Of a stretch of DNA of 64,000 bases, positions 1 to 14,206 are shown in pieces. How positions within the stretch are numbered: position 1 is the first letter of the stretch; each line of letters begins with the position of its first letter. The translations under genes were made by a program, and so were the position numbers. The notes under the pieces are model-generated. The model did not search any database and had not been told where the DNA came from. It saw nothing but the letters and a program-made list of their open reading frames with translations. Source of the stretch: Cirrosporium novae-zelandiae. Lineage: Eukaryota. The DNA is taken from positions 124,001 to 188,000 of the forward strand of contig JAPETS010000032.1 of the NCBI GenBank assembly GCA_026023565.1. Direction: 5' to 3'.

Positions 1-3000
1 CTTTCCTTTGAGAGCTTTTGCTTTGTATCTCGGGTTCTGATTGGGCACCTTGATCTTCATTGTCTGCGATGCCACCGGTCCAATCAAAACCACCGGTGCT
101 GAGACCGTTTGTCTTGAGTGGGCGGGGGTTCTCCTCGTCCGAACTATTATTATCGTCGTCGTCGCTGTCGTCGCTGTCGTCACTTTCTTCATCATCATCA
201 TCCTCCATCTCGATATCGGCAACTCCAGCACCTCCATCTGAGCTGTCTTCACTTTCTTCGTCCTGTTTCATAAGATCGTCCTTGTCCTCAGGAGCATCTT
301 CCATTTTTTGATCTGCCTTACTATCCGCATCTTGTTCCCGCTCCACAAAGTAAGAAGCCTTCAAACCGAAGCTTATCCGACGTTTCTCTAGCTCAATCTT
401 CAAGACTACCGCTTTTACAGCATCACCTTCACTATACAGTTTTTTCACATCCGCCACCCTCTCTTCTGCCATCTCACTTTGATGACACAGTCCGCTGACA
501 TTTGCAGATCCATCGACCACAATAAAGACCCCGAAATCTCCAACCTTCCGCACCTTGCCGGTAATGATCTGACCAACTTTCATATCATGGAATGTGAGGG
601 GAGGAACGTAATTTTCATCATTAAGAATAGACTCCTTTAGGGTCATTTGAATGTGGTTCAAAAGCGGATCAAGGGATATAATTTTGCCCTTCACTAGTTG
701 ATCGACTTGAAAGTTATTCTTCCAATCTTTGATAAAGGAGTCAGAAAGATCGGTTATCCGCACATATCCAGTCACATCATTGCCAAGGGTAACGAATAGG
801 CCATTGTTTGCAACATGCTTGACAAAGCCTCTTACAACATTGCCGACTTTGAGTCGTTCGGCAGAGGTAACTACAGGATCTTTGATGGGTAAAGAAGAGC
901 TCAAGACCTTCGATGGACGCATTGAAAGTGAGACTCGCTTATTCGGGATGTCGACAGAAGTAATACAAACTCGCACCATTTGGTTCCTTGTGTAGTTGGA
1001 AGGCTTGGCATTATCGTAATTGTCGTCAAGTTCGAGTAGAGAAACAGTACCAGAAAGGCCGTCCCCAAGTTGGACAATTACTTGTCGTTCCATTGTTTTT
1101 GTAACTCTTCCATGGAGGACCATACCTTGCGAAAGACTATCTAGCGTCACTCTTGTGGAAGTCTTTTGGGACCTAGCAGACAGATCAAGCTTTCCTTGCT
1201 CATGGTTCACCCCCGTCACTTCGACCTTGAGTGCAGAACCTATTGGGAAGTTTGTCCCTAAGTCCTCAAGTAGAGACAAATCGTCTGAAATCTCCATCAA
1301 GCGGATTCGACCTCGGATGCTCGGTGAAAGATTTACCCACACACAATCAGCATTAATATTATTGACAAAAGCCACCCAAGAAGATCCAATTTCCATTTGG
1401 TCTAATGAGAGAAGATCGTATTTAGTTCCTTTTTGCTTGCTTGGCTTAGCCGTTAATTCAAGGACTGGCTGCTTTGTACTACGATGGGTGATGGGTAGAA
1501 ATTTATGATTCCTTGAATCGTGGAGTCCAATAATGCGTACGGAAAGGATATCTCCTTTTTTGTATTGGCGAAGGGGTTGTTTCGGGTCTTTAATATTGTC
1601 CCAAGAGTCAAACACTTCAGACACATCGACTCGACCTTGCACACCGTCTGCCAGCTCCATATTGAGTTGAGTATTCTTGACAGATGTGATCTTAGCCTTC
1701 GTAAGCTTCCCTAAGACAAAGTCATTGAGCGACATCGAAACACCATCTACCGGATTTGTAGCAGGTCTTTCGGGAACTTTTGAATCGACCTCTTCAACTT
1801 TCCCCTTTTGGGTAAGATAAAACCTTTCCTGCGAGTAATCAATTCGTTGTACTCGGGCAGAAATTGACTGGAAGCGGCGCAAGCCAAAGGCGGGCAAATC
1901 AAGAGCTTCCATAGGTATCTGGTTCTTCCAGAGTAAGCCGGTGAGCCGGCTAGCGAATCGCACGAAGACTCCTTCGGGTGTGATATTATGAACGAAACCT
2001 TTAACCTCAGCTCCCTCCTGCACATCATCTAAAGACCTCAAGAGCTTGCCTTCTTTAGCTGCTGACACAAGACTGGGCTTGTCAGAAAGAAATACGAGTT
2101 TTCTAGTCTCTTGTTTTTCTAAGATCACCAGATCTTGAAGAGTCTGCCCAACACGGATCTTTTTCATTAAAGATGCATTCTTCTGCTCCGAGCCATCTGT
2201 GAGGTGGTCGATTGGTAATCGAGCTTTAATTGAATTGGCGAGATCAAGAACCACATCATCGCTGTTTAATTCCGTTACTGTACCTGATACAATATCTCCG
2301 GGTGTCAAATCATTGAAGGCTGCTTTCTGTTCTTCCCCAAAAAGTGAAGGATCCTTGCAGGATACAACCATTCGACCTTCTTCCGGATTAACAGAAAGAA
2401 CGTGGACATCAACCACCTGCCCAACGCGAAAATGCTGTTTGGGGTCTGCGATATATGCTTCACTCATTTCTGAAACAGGTAGAAATCCTCTGACATGGCC
2501 ATAAAATTGGACAACAGCACCGTTTGACTGAATCTTAATAAGGGTTCCTGGAGAACTGTCCCCGGGAGAGATATTATCGTAGGAAGACCATACTGGAGCA
2601 TCGCTATTCACTAGGCTTTTCTTCAGAGTCAAACGTATCCGTCTTTTGCTCACGTCCACGAGGAGCACTCGTGCTGACACAGACGTTCCTTCTCTAAACT
2701 TTCTTTCAGGGTGTTGCAGATGTATATCTGCTAAATGTATTTCTGATACCAAACCACTAATACCATCAGCAAGACGAATCAGTGCTTCGCTTCCACCAGC
2801 AGGGTTGATGATAAGTTTTTCCACCTTGCACTTAACATTTTCACCAACTTTCACATCTTCAATCCGTAGAAATGGCTGGTCGATAATTTTCTGTTCCATC
2901 GAAAGTAGGAAAAGGCGATCTACTGAGTTATACCCAGTAACTCGAGCTTGATGGACTGACCCAACTTTGTATTTCCCAGTTGCTTCTGATAGTGTCTCGA

Positions 3001-4595
3001 TTATATCGTCAGAAACCCGAGAAATGTGCACAAACCCAAGGTTATCCTTGACTCCAACGTTAACAAACAGGCCAATGTTCGGTTCAACTTTGACCACCTT
3101 GGCTTCGCTGACTGCGCTAGAAAGTGGGAGAGTTTTAAGAGGGTGTGGTTCCTGCTCGTCTTGATTTGATGAAGGTAAAAAATGAACAACATTTTTGAGA
3201 AGGGAGATTCCTAGTTTCCTCGTGCTTGAAGTCGGAAACGTGCAAATAATTCGGCTCTTGACTTTCATCCCAGGCTTATACTTCTTCCCAAGGTCTTTTT
3301 CCGACACAGCGCCAGAGTGAATGATATCAGCAGTAACATCTAGCATACCCATAATCTTACCTGCTAGACCCGAGGAGGTAACTTCTGACAGGAGCACTTC
3401 AACAGCAGTACCAGGTAAAAATGCATTAATAGTAGGGGCGTCGGTTAAGAAATGGTTTCTCTTTATGTTTCCAGCTCTCTGCAGATCAGCAGAAAGCTTG
3501 ACAATGTTACCATTAGAACTTAAACCTGTGATCAAACACAAAAATACAGCTCCTTCTTTGATCGTTTTGTAGTCCCGGCCTTCGCCAAGCTCTCGAGAGG
3601 ACATGAAGCCTTTGATACTTGTGCCACCCACTCCAATGTCCATGACCAAGCCGTGCTCTTCGATGCTGATGACAGAGGCCTGAAGAATGTTATGTGGTAC
3701 CAGATCACTCTTCGATAAACCTGAGTTGGCCTGGATTGGTAGTAAGGAAAGCTCAATATGCTTTCGGTTTTTACCCCCAGAATCCTCATTAGTCGATGTC
3801 ACATAAGCTCGGAGATATTGTCCAACAGAGAATAGTGATTTCAAATTAAGATCATCGTTTTCATCTTCATCATTTTCCTCCTCCTTTTCGATATCCATTT
3901 CTTCATCAGCTAAAGCTTGTAGCTTCTGGTTCAACTTCTCCGATATAGCGGTTATTGGAACGAAACCGATCAGATTGTTCGGGAGTGTGACGGTGATATC
4001 ATTGTCGTTAATACTAGCTACCTGGCCGAGGATAATCGACCCAGGAATAATGCGCTTCCCAGGGTTAGTCAATAATTTCATAAGAGCAGTTGATATTGCA
4101 TACCTTGTAGCTTAGCCCTTCAATTCTAATTCCAGCTTCCTTTTGCTCTGAAGCTGTTATTGACTTATTTTTCTTTAACCTGGATTTGGGAGGGATCTTG
4201 GTCAGGTTTTCTTCATCTTCAGCTTCCACTCCATCAGCTTCCTCATCCGTATCCTCTAAATTATCAGTCTTCCTCTTCAAGCCCTTCTCTTCGAAAAGTA
4301 CATCCTTCTTAGCTTGAATCTGGATCTGCTTCTTCTCTAGAGGAGTTAAGACGCTTCCACCTCCGCGAGGAAATGATGGCTCATCATCTTTGAGAAGAGT
4401 AAGCTGTGATTGTCGAGGAGCTGAGGCCGTGGATTTTGGTTGCTTGGTATTTTCTTTCGCAGGTCGGTTCGCAGAGTCGTCTGTCGCAGAGTTGTCCTTC
4501 TTCTTGTTGTGCGATTTACCATGATTTTCAATTTTTGACTTCTTTGGCTTGGATTGTGCATCTACCGGAGCCTCTTTTCGCTTTACAGGAGCCAT
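1..4595 (-). CDS. RRP5: rRNA biogenesis protein Rrp5 (S1-repeat protein), 3' part outside the window; exon 1 4595-4104, intron 4103-4055, exon 2 from 4054 off the left edge
   Basis: N-terminus has EPSFPRGGGSVLTPLEKKQI...IEGLSYK. A GTATGC donor, CTAAC branch and AAG acceptor join it to RIIPGSIILGQV. Downstream are repeated S1-like segments (e.g. GFVHISRVSD, GKVRKVGDFGVFIVVDGSANVSGLCHQSEMA). Confidence 0.93.
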
Positions 4596-4816
4596 TATGG
4601 TTATTGTCTGGAGCTCAAGATGCTACCTTGAACTTTTTCTCTTGGTCAAGAAATTTTGTGTATCGGTGGAAATGGGTGAGGGCCGATCTGCTAAGCCTGG
4701 TTTAGTTAGCATTATTTAGCGCACTGTCGGAGAATAATGATACCGTGAATACCGAATTGCTGACTAGGTACCTAGGTACTCACGTGCTACCCTCCTCTCG
4801 CCCAAAAAAACCCTGT

Positions 4817-4850
4817 ACGCGTGAACGAACTACCCACGTCTTTCGCGCGC
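4817..4850. promoter_or_regulatory. MCB (ACGCGT) and SCB/MCB-like (TTTCGCGCG) cell-cycle boxes in the RRP5/CDT2 divergent promoter
   Basis: ACGCGT at 4817-4822 and TTTCGCGCGC at 4841-4850, about 160-190 nt upstream of the CDT2 ATG. cdt2 is an MBF target in fission yeast. Confidence 0.55.
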
Positions 4851-5004
4851 CCATTAATCAATCCACTTTCGCCAGCCTTCCAGTCGTGTACCCGTACAAA
4901 GCCTATATTAATTCTCATCCTTTTGCTTTCCTTGGGCTCTGTCTTTGCTTCAATTGCTATTGCAAATCCTCTAATAAAACATTAAACCTTTTTGGATCTT
5001 TAAT

Positions 5005-7286
5005 ATGGCAGACTTCATTCCGTCTAGTCCTCCTCTTCCTCGGACAATGGATGTACTGCCTTCGTTCCATGAGGACATTCCCTCATCTCCACCAATCCCA
5101 TCATCCCCATCATTACCCTCTCAACATAGGATCACCAAACCAAAAAGACGGCCTCCAATTACTCCCAAGTCATTCACAAGATTTTTTACGCCACGGTCAT
5201 CGAGAGAAGGGGCTACCAGAATCAGTTCATCGAGGAAAGCCTTGCAAGACATCACTGGAACTGGAAGAAATGCTTCAAAAAAGGAAAAAAATGATCGAAG
5301 GGAAATTTTCTTTGCCGATCTAACTCCTAAGAGTTCCCCAGTTGCAGTAGATCAAGAAAACAATGGCGGTTCAAGAAAAAGAAGGAGGCAATTGCTATCC
5401 CCTGCCTTCACTGAAGGATCTTCGCCACTAAAACGGTTCCGGAACTCAGAAAATGTTGATGTCTTTGAAGATGCTCTAAACAATATACCGTCGTCGCCGC
5501 AACGTCCGTCAACTGCAGACTCGATGGTGACAACGAGATCTGTTGGTACCACCTGTGAAAATGACACCGTAGATGTACAAGAAGAGCTTCAAGCACTACG
5601 GGACATGCCCCTACCTTCCCCAATAAAGCGAAAAGGACAGTTCAATTCGCCTGGATATATTCTACAAAGATCTCTTACAGGGATGACTGGTGGCCGCAAC
5701 ACTCTTCGTAAGTTTCCTATCTAACATTTATATCCAATTGGTATCTCCATCTCTAGGTGGCTGCCAGTTATATCATTATTCTTCATATATGATATGAAAT
5801 GCCTCTCTAACAAATGCTAACATCCAAAATAGGGTATCAATGCGAAACGGCGAATTTCTATTCCATGCCTGAAGACCAACACCGCTGTGATAACGTGGCA
5901 GACGCAAATGTCCCCACTGTTCCCTTTTGTACGGCAAGCTGCAATACCAACTCCCTTGTTGCCGTTGGCGATGAAGACGGCGGTATTCGGCTTCTAGAAA
6001 CCTCCCAGAATGACGAAGTTGGCTTTTCCAAGGCGTTCCTCACGTTTCAACCTCATAAGAATGCCATTATGGACATCACCTTTTCTTCTGATGACCGTTG
6101 GCTTGCAACTGCCTCGGGTGATCAGTCTGCATGTATCATCGACATGGAAACCCGCAAGGTCCTCCATACCCTAATCGAGCACCAATCCTCCGTCAAACAG
6201 ATCAGATTTCAACCAGGGGGGAACGATAATGTGATAGCTACATCCAGCAGAGACGGCACTGTTCGTATTTGGGATCTACGCTGCGAGGGATATTCGGCTC
6301 CAAGATCCCGTACCCATCAACCGGTCTCAGAAGACTCGACTTTTCCCAAGTCCGTTAATACATTGTGGGGACCTCATTCTGGTGATTATAATTCTCGTCG
6401 TGGAACCGCTAGACGGGATGATGTTTCTGTCACTGCAATCTCCTTCCTCTCTGCAAGTCGGTCCAATCTCCTCCTTACTGCATCTGAGGTGGATGCTTGC
6501 GTCAAGCTCTGGGATTTGAGATATTCGAAACGACGAAACAGTCCAGCTACCCCTATATCCACCACACAACAGCCCGAGTCCCATCTTCAGCATCGCAGCT
6601 TCGGGCTGACTTCCATTGCGCTCAACACTGATTCAACACGACTTTATACAGTTTGTCGTGATAACACCGTCTATGCTTACTCCACCCCTCATCTAATCCT
6701 TGGACACGCACCCGAGCTTGACTTCTCTGATCCCAAATTCCGTCGTGCAACCAAGGACTGCAATACCGACGGTCTTGGCCCTCTATACGGTTTTCGTCAC
6801 CCTCAATTCAAAACTACAAGCTTCTTCGTCAAAGCAGCAATCCGCCCCGCGACCGAAACCCACCCCGAACTTCTAGCTGTAGGGAGCGGTACCGGTTCAC
6901 CAGTCCTATTCCCAACTTCTGAACGCTACCTCACACCCTTAAGCACAAATAAACCCAACAACGCAACAACCTCGCACATGTTAACGCGATCATCTCACCG
7001 CCCCCTCTTCCACCGCCAAGCCTCCCGCTCATTCTCAAAGCCCACAGAAACAATATCAATATACCAGCACGGTACAGCCCTCGTAGAAGGCCATAGCCGC
7101 GAGGTCACAGATTTAGCCTGGGGGCATGACGGTCAGCTTATTACGGTAGGCGATGATCGCACCTCTAGGTGCTGGCGCGAAGATCAGAGGGAGGCGAGGA
7201 ACCTACGCTTGCAAACGACGCCAGGGGAGAGGTGGGGTTGTGGGTGGGCGGACGTAGAACGGGGATGGGATGATGATGAAGAATAG
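5005..7286 (+). CDS. cdt2: WD40 DCAF, Cdt2/DTL homologue (CRL4 substrate receptor); exons 5005-5707 and 5833-7286
   Basis: An intron 5708-5832 (GTAAGT...GCTAAC...TAG) joins the two ORFs in frame. Motifs: LVAVGDEDGGIRLL, HKNAIMD, LATASGDQ, SRDGTVRIWDLR, TTSFFVK, GHSREVT. Confidence 0.85.
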
Positions 7287-8394
7287 CATTATGTTTGATG
7301 TTGCATGTTGCTAAGGCAAATATTTTATTTTGGCCTTCTTGAACTTGAGTTTTTTTTTTGGAAGAAAAGAGTCTGATGGATGCATGGATGTGCATTGAGT
7401 CCCTGTATCGACCCAGAAAAAGTTTCTGTTACGAATTATACGGTATAAAAAAATGGGTATGCTTGTTTGGTTTAACATTATTCTGGTATTTCCCGGCTAG
7501 CGAAGGGTAAGCCTTTGGTTGGCAGGCAGGCAACCCGAGTGCGTTTGATGAGTTGGATCTTAATAATAAATGTTATTGCTGTGTTGGATGAAGATGTTTT
7601 TTTTGTGTTGTGAATGTGTGTGGGGGGCATGAATGAGGGAGATATATTGGATAACTAGAATAGATGATATGAATTAAGTAGATAGATAAAGAAATATAAA
7701 TATTTATATATGAGCATATAGATAAGATATATGATCTTGGGAGTCCAATGAGTTTGTTGGTGGGCTTGGTTATTGACTAAATTCATTCTGCCAGCAAGGT
7801 ATGTAATCACAAGGATCATAACGTCGAGTAAAGGTCATGATTGATATGGATAATATTAGTATTTATTTGTTGCTTGCTTTTTATGTGTAGAATGCCGTGT
7901 CCTTAGATTTACAAAAAAGAATATGAAAGGCAAGTTGTTGCGGGGCAAGCCAACAAACACTCTTACCCCCCTGCCTAAGCCAAAAGACGTGAGGCATCCG
8001 TTAACTTAGAGTAGATGCCTAGTGTTAGGATATATAATCTAGTTGCGCCGTAACATAAGTGCTTTGGGAGCTAAGTTGTTTTGAAATGTTTTTAATTCAA
8101 TCATCAAGGTCTCCGCGATGATTCATACAAGGAAGCTAAGCTAAGCAGGTATTCACGTACTAGCTACTTACCAGCTATGCGTCTGTTTGTCTACCTAGAC
8201 ATTTTAGGTCTTGGGATGATCATACACCCTGGTACTCTCCCCCTATACATGTGGGCGGGGTTCGCATTCTGGTTTGTTCTGGGTCACATCCAAGACGGTG
8301 CTGTTCTAGACGCTTAGTGAGTTGCTAGTTACTCTCCAGATAGCCCGGCTTTTGGCTTGGCCATGCGTTCGAGCCATTCGGTTCCGCGCATTAG

Positions 8395-11300
8395 CTATAT
8401 CCTGTCCTCACTAACGGCCTTAAGATCGTCTTTGTATTCCTTTTGGATCCATTCGAGGTACGTTCGCCAGTTCTGGTGTGTGTTCATTGTGACGCTTGAG
8501 CTAGAAGCCACAGGGAAGGCCAGGTGAAGTTTATTCGACATCTTCAGGACGGATCTCTGTGCCTCCTGAGCCTTTTCGACCTCTTGTTTGACTGCGTTCT
8601 CCTTCAGTTTTCTGGATAGGACGGTGCGGAATCGATCTGCTAAGGGATCGAGATGGCGCTGGGTTTCCTCTGGCTCAAGATCGACTAGCTTTGTGAGCAT
8701 TAGATGGGAGAATGTACGGATATCGCTTTCGTCTTCGATGCCGTCGAGGATGCGTTCGAAGGTGCTGCTGATGTTCATGCGAGTGAAAACAGTGTCGAGG
8801 AAAGAGTAAAGAGTTTCATAGGCGCTCTGCCGAAATATTAGTAATAAGCGTCAATTGGAACAGAATGATGCTTCCTGACCTTGCGGACGTCGAGGCCATC
8901 ATCAACTTTATGCTTAAATGGACCCATCTGGACCTCTCGGATGAGCTCCGGTCTTTTCTTCGATTCATCAATGACTAAAGGAAGAAGTTGGCTGAGATGA
9001 GGAATTATTAATTCAGATTTATTATGCATCGCAGAGTTTAAAGTCGATAGTGCAAGGCGTCGATTTGCGAGATCTTGGTCAATAAGCATGGTGGTCAGCA
9101 TTCCGATGAAAATTGGCCTGAGAGTCTCGTCAAAGGATTTGCTGCTCTCTGCTAGAGTAAATCGTAGGGCTTGGATGACCATTCCACGTGTTGAAGGACT
9201 CGAGTCCGTGAGATGTTGCTGAGAAGCTATTAGTATAAAATTTCTAAAATGAGGGCTTTATCATACTTGAAGAAGCGGCAAACATGTTTTAGAATCAAGA
9301 ATAGCTAGTCTTCCAAGGCACTCGGCGCCAACTGCTTTATGCTCTTCTGCACTTGACGCGGCCATAACTTTGTCCCAGATCTCGTTACTGAATGGAACAA
9401 CATCCTGAGGGTTACTCCGTGAGTGCTGAACTATTTCTTTAATAGAATATAAACATATGTACTGAAGATTTTCGGTATCGTTCATGCTAGACAGAACCAC
9501 AGGGAGGTAGCCTTTGACATTGCCCGCACCAGCGTTTCCTAATGCAATTGCAGCGGCCAAGCGAACCTGATCGAATTTGGATGTGAAATACTTGACGAAT
9601 AGATCCGGACTAAGTGGAGATGAAGAGCCAAGCCGGGAGCCAATCTCTCCTAATACAGAAAGTGCAAGGCATTTGCGTTGGCTATCTTGTGCAGTGTGAA
9701 GCTCTGTCACAAAATCATCCACCGTAACACCAACCGACGGCCCACCAGATATTGCCAATGTTCCAATTGCTTTACCGACGGTTCCTGGGTCACCATTGAC
9801 ACCTACTTCTTGTAATAGACTATGCATTAGCTTACTTCCTGCTGACTGCTCACCGATTACCTGCACTAGCACAAGATAAGCGTCAAGAGCGGATCCAAGC
9901 AGGGCCTGTTGCGATGATCTCAGAATATGGCAAAGAACCTTGATCATATCATCTGTCATGACATTTTCCGGGCTTACGGGAGCCAGAGAAGCCAAAATAC
10001 GTAGCGCAGGACCTAGGAGTTGGAGATCATTGACCGTAAGAAGAGGAGCAAGCAAGTCTGTAAGATCCTTGACTATTTGACTATCCAGAACTTTAGACAC
10101 TGCTGGATTCAGGCATAGACATTTAAGTGCCATGAGACTGGATCCTCTCAACGCCCGGTCAGCCTTACGCAGTTGAGCTCCTAGCTCGAGAGCCACCTCG
10201 CCGACCCAGCCAGCAGAGAAGTCACCAGGATCTGTTGCGGCACTTGCAATAAGTTTTATAGCACGAACAGCGGAAATACGGGTCGTCTCATTCTTAAGCC
10301 GGTCTCGAATAAGGTCAAGAGCCGAGGACCTTTTCTCAGAGGGAAGAAATTTTGTGCCCTGTATTCCGGATGTGCGTGCTAATAATACACCTAATGCATG
10401 TATAGCTTGCTGCCGTACTTCTGCGTCGGTCTCGACTGAAGATATGCAATCGAAAATCACATCATATAAGCCAACTAACTGTTTTTCATTCCCAGAATCT
10501 GCGTCTGTACAACTTGGAGGCGTCAGGATTTTGATGAATTGTTCAGCGGCACGGAGACCCGCAATTGACACCTTGAAATAGGAGTCTGTTACAGCCGCAG
10601 TAATAGCAGGGACAATCTTACCAACAAACGCTTGCATGGGTTTTGTCGAGTGAGTTGCCCCAAGAGTGCTCAATAGGTCCAAGGCCTCGACGCGGAGAGT
10701 CCCTCCAGTAGCGGACGACGCTACGCCCATCTTTGTGGACCCAACAGCAGAAGAATTAGAGGCATTGAGGGTATCTATTACAGGGTTGATAACCTCACTC
10801 AAGTGTTCCATAAGTCCTCCTCGCTGGACCGCAATGAGTTCTCTGAGCATGGTCATGGCAGCTTGCTTAGTAGGAAGAGAGCTCTCTTTGATCAATTTCG
10901 CAGCGGCCGGTACAATTGTAGATTTAAGCTTATCAAGATCTGCTCTTGGGCCTGTATGAGGTGGAGATGATGGAGCAAGTTCTGGGGAGGAGGCTGAGCC
11001 ATCGTGTGCATCAAGCATACTTGCATCACTCGGCTCCCTTCGTCGTTTACGGGAGTATTGTGTTGAGTTCTGAGTATAACTGTCGTCCCCAGGCTGAGAG
11101 GTTGTAGGCAAAGATTGCTGACCTGTCTTCTGTATTAGAAGACTAGTAGCGGAAAGAATCTCAAGCCTGACATTTTCCTCTTTTTCCCGAAATCGCTTCA
11201 CAAGCTCTGGGGCGACCCTGAGGTACAATATACCGTTCTCCATCAGATCGACACCGGCTCTCGTTGAAATAATTGTGTGCAAAACTTTGACGGCACATCT

Positions 11301-12595
11301 ACGTATCTTCCAACTCATCTCATCGTCATCACTAAGCTCTTCTTCTTCAAAATCTTCGTCGTCAGCAAACCCATCTTCATTATCATCATCATCCATGTCG
11401 TCATCACTCATATCATCAACAACATTAGGATCATACGTTAAAAAGCGGAGCCCAGCAGCAATGCATTGCTTAGTAAATGGCCGCATGTCTTCCGGACAGA
11501 ATGCTAGGAGGCTCTCTAGTGTTAGGAGGGAAGCTTCTCGGACTTCTTCTATCTGCTGATTCATTGAACCTGACTCGGCTGCTTCGTCAAAGGACTCATC
11601 AAGTTTTTCTTGGCTGAGGGGACTGAGGACAAACGGTGCCATAACTTGGAGATGGGGCCCAAACTTCAAGGGAATTGTCCTAGCAATTGAACCGATTATG
11701 GAGATCAGAAGCCGTCTCTTAGCTGGAACAAGATGGCTATCACGTAGGTTTTCGATGATATCCGAAGTGAAAAGGCTGAGGTGCTCGCTTGAGAAAAAGA
11801 CAGCAAGTACTGAGATCGCTGTGACGGCCTTTTTCTTTACCACAAAGCTCACTTGGTTACTTTCAATCAATTCGGTACATGTTTTCTGCATAGCCCGCAA
11901 CTCAGATTCTTGAAGCATGGGTCCAAAACATCGAACAACTTCAATCAGGAGGTCCACACTTTCAGGGTCGATCGCATGGTTTTTTTGAATTTTGAGTAGT
12001 GACACCGTAGGTTTTGCATCCATCCTCTTTGGGTTAGGCATGACAACGTATCCTACCAATATCGGAATCAGAACTCTACTAAGGGCCATATAAGAATCTT
12101 TTGTCATTTGGGAAGGAGCCGTTCCAGGGACAGGACGTGGTAGCGTAGTAACAATGTTCCGCAATGCTGTCGATGGAATAGAGCTATCAATCGTATCTTT
12201 ACCTCCAACCTTTGAGATCTTGTTGAGCAGCACGGGGAGGACATCAGTATAGGAAACTTTGGTCGCCAAAGGTCCTAGGCTGTAGTAGATATAGTTAGTG
12301 ATGAGCGTTGAGGTGAAGGAATATCACAAAAGATCGGGGCATCTAACCATTTGATAGCCAGATTCTGGACTTCACCATTCTGGTCCCCAAGAACTGCCAA
12401 AATCCCATCAACCGCTCTCCCAGCAGTGACCAGGTCATTCTGAAGGAAACCCGGGTGTCCATTTTCTAACATATGAGTTAAGTCATCTAGAGCCATATAA
12501 CGGAGATCTGGGTCAGGATCTTGAAGTTTTGGAATTTGGGCCATAATATTCGAAGGCGTAGGGTTTGACGGTAGGTGGGATCCATGATTCGCCAT
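8395..12595 (-). CDS. CAND1: Cullin-associated NEDD8-dissociated protein 1 (HEAT repeats, TIP120 C-terminus); exons 12595-12348, 12279-9267, 9218-8880, 8826-8395
   Basis: Motifs DPDPDLRYMALDDL, DQNGEVQNLAIKCLGPL, SWKIRRCAVK, LKNETTRISAV and [26 protein letters not shown]. Three GT-AG introns restore the frame. Confidence 0.95.
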
Positions 12596-13225
12596 TATGA
12601 AGAGAGAAATTAAAGTGATGGCTTGATATCGGGATCAGTATATGGAAGTTATAACTTTGGCGATGTTCGGTGATGTTAGAGGACTTCTTAGGTTTACCTC
12701 ACGATAGTGGGGTTGGAGGAATAAAAGAATTGTGCTTGGGGTGCCTCTAGGGCAAGTGAAATGCGCGTAATAAAGCATGCACATAAACGATTGTTGTGTC
12801 AGGAAAGATGCAGCTCACAGCATCTGGAAGAAATATTTGATGAAGGTAGAAAGTAATTTCAGAGTTGTGAGAGGCTCAACTGACCCGCACTTCACTGGGC
12901 CAAACTCGAGATTCTAATGCGGAGGCATGAGGAGAGATAGCTGCCCTGACATGGATTGGGGGGGGGTTCTCATGGCACTTTTGGTTACGAGGTGGCTGAT
13001 TGATTGGCCTGTGCATTCTCGCTAGCGGTAAGTCCAGGCCCGAGCTCTTCCTGCTAAGTACAAGCAATATTATTTCATCAGGATGAGCGCAGGATTTCAT
13101 TTTTACTTCTATCTTTGAACAATCTTTATTCCAAGGTACGCACTTCTTCCATAACACCCCTCCCCTTCCCCCCTCTTTCCATATTTCATCAATTGATTTC
13201 TTAGAAGTTATCAAAATTGTCCCAA

Positions 13226-14206
13226 ATGGCCTCGCTGCGCGCAGCACCACTCCGCTCCATCCTAAGGTCCCAGGCACCAAGGCTATGCCGGAAGCCCCCG
13301 TATCAGGCACAGCTTTGGCGATCCATTCAAAAAAGGACGTATGCCAGCGCTAATGGCCATGGTGCACATGAAGCTGGTTCGGATATGCCATGGTATGCCT
13401 TTCTTGCTACTATTTGATTTCATCTCTACAGTTTATGGAAATTCACCTTTTCAACCTCAATTGGCCTTACGCATTGGTCTTTTAGCCCATTGGCTAACCT
13501 TTCTTTAGGTTGATAGGTTCTATTGCCATCACCTTGCCATGTCTGTACTTTGTTTGGCCGTCATCAAGTACACATGCGGGGGGTGGGCATGGAAAGCATG
13601 AAAAGCATGAAAAGAAGCCCGAAAAAGTTGAAGAAAGTGGCTCTACTGATGAGACTTCAGCTGAAGAATCCAAATCCGAGGAATCGGAAAGCAGTGATGA
13701 GGAGCAAGCTACACCAGATTCTTCTGATGATGAATCAGAAAAACCTGAAGCGGTAGTAAGGAAAGGCGACGGTGATGGGCCTAAAGAAGATACTGATGCT
13801 AAGGGTAGCAACAAGGCGCGAACTGAGAGCGAGGATGGTGCAAAGCAGGGTGAAAATAAAGAGACAGATAAAATCGCTGGTGATAAAGCGTCGAAGGATA
13901 TGGTAAGTTCTAATATTTTTTAATAGCATGTTCCGGCTCCAGAAGGATTGCTATCTTTCTATGTTGGAAAGAATGCTTCGCCTTATGTCCATACCTAATA
14001 ACGATGATCTTACTCAGAATGCCACGGCTACAAAACCCCCTGGCGGCGTAGGCACCCAGTCAGCGAAACAGGAAGGGCTATCAAATACCGATATCAAGCA
14101 CTCCACCGATACCGGGTCTAGTTCGGAGAAGAGCACCAAACCCGGATCCCCGGGGACCCCAGAATCCGCGAAGGTCAAAGGCACCATCGATTCACACCAA
14201 GAATAA
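13226..14206 (+). CDS. Conserved fungal hypothetical single-pass membrane protein, probably mitochondrial; exons 13226-13392, 13509-13902, 14018-14206
   Basis: Arg-rich presequence-like N-terminus ending ...KRTYAS, then SDMPW|LIGSIAITLP hydrophobic segment, an acidic linker and a GLSNTDIKHS...PESAKVKGTI C-terminus. Two GT-AG introns are in frame. Confidence 0.7.

Noticed and set aside
41..3789. Many short ORFs in the track over the first 4 kb
   Set aside because: They are antisense or off-frame shadows of RRP5 exon 2, which the track omits, apparently because its stop lies outside the window.
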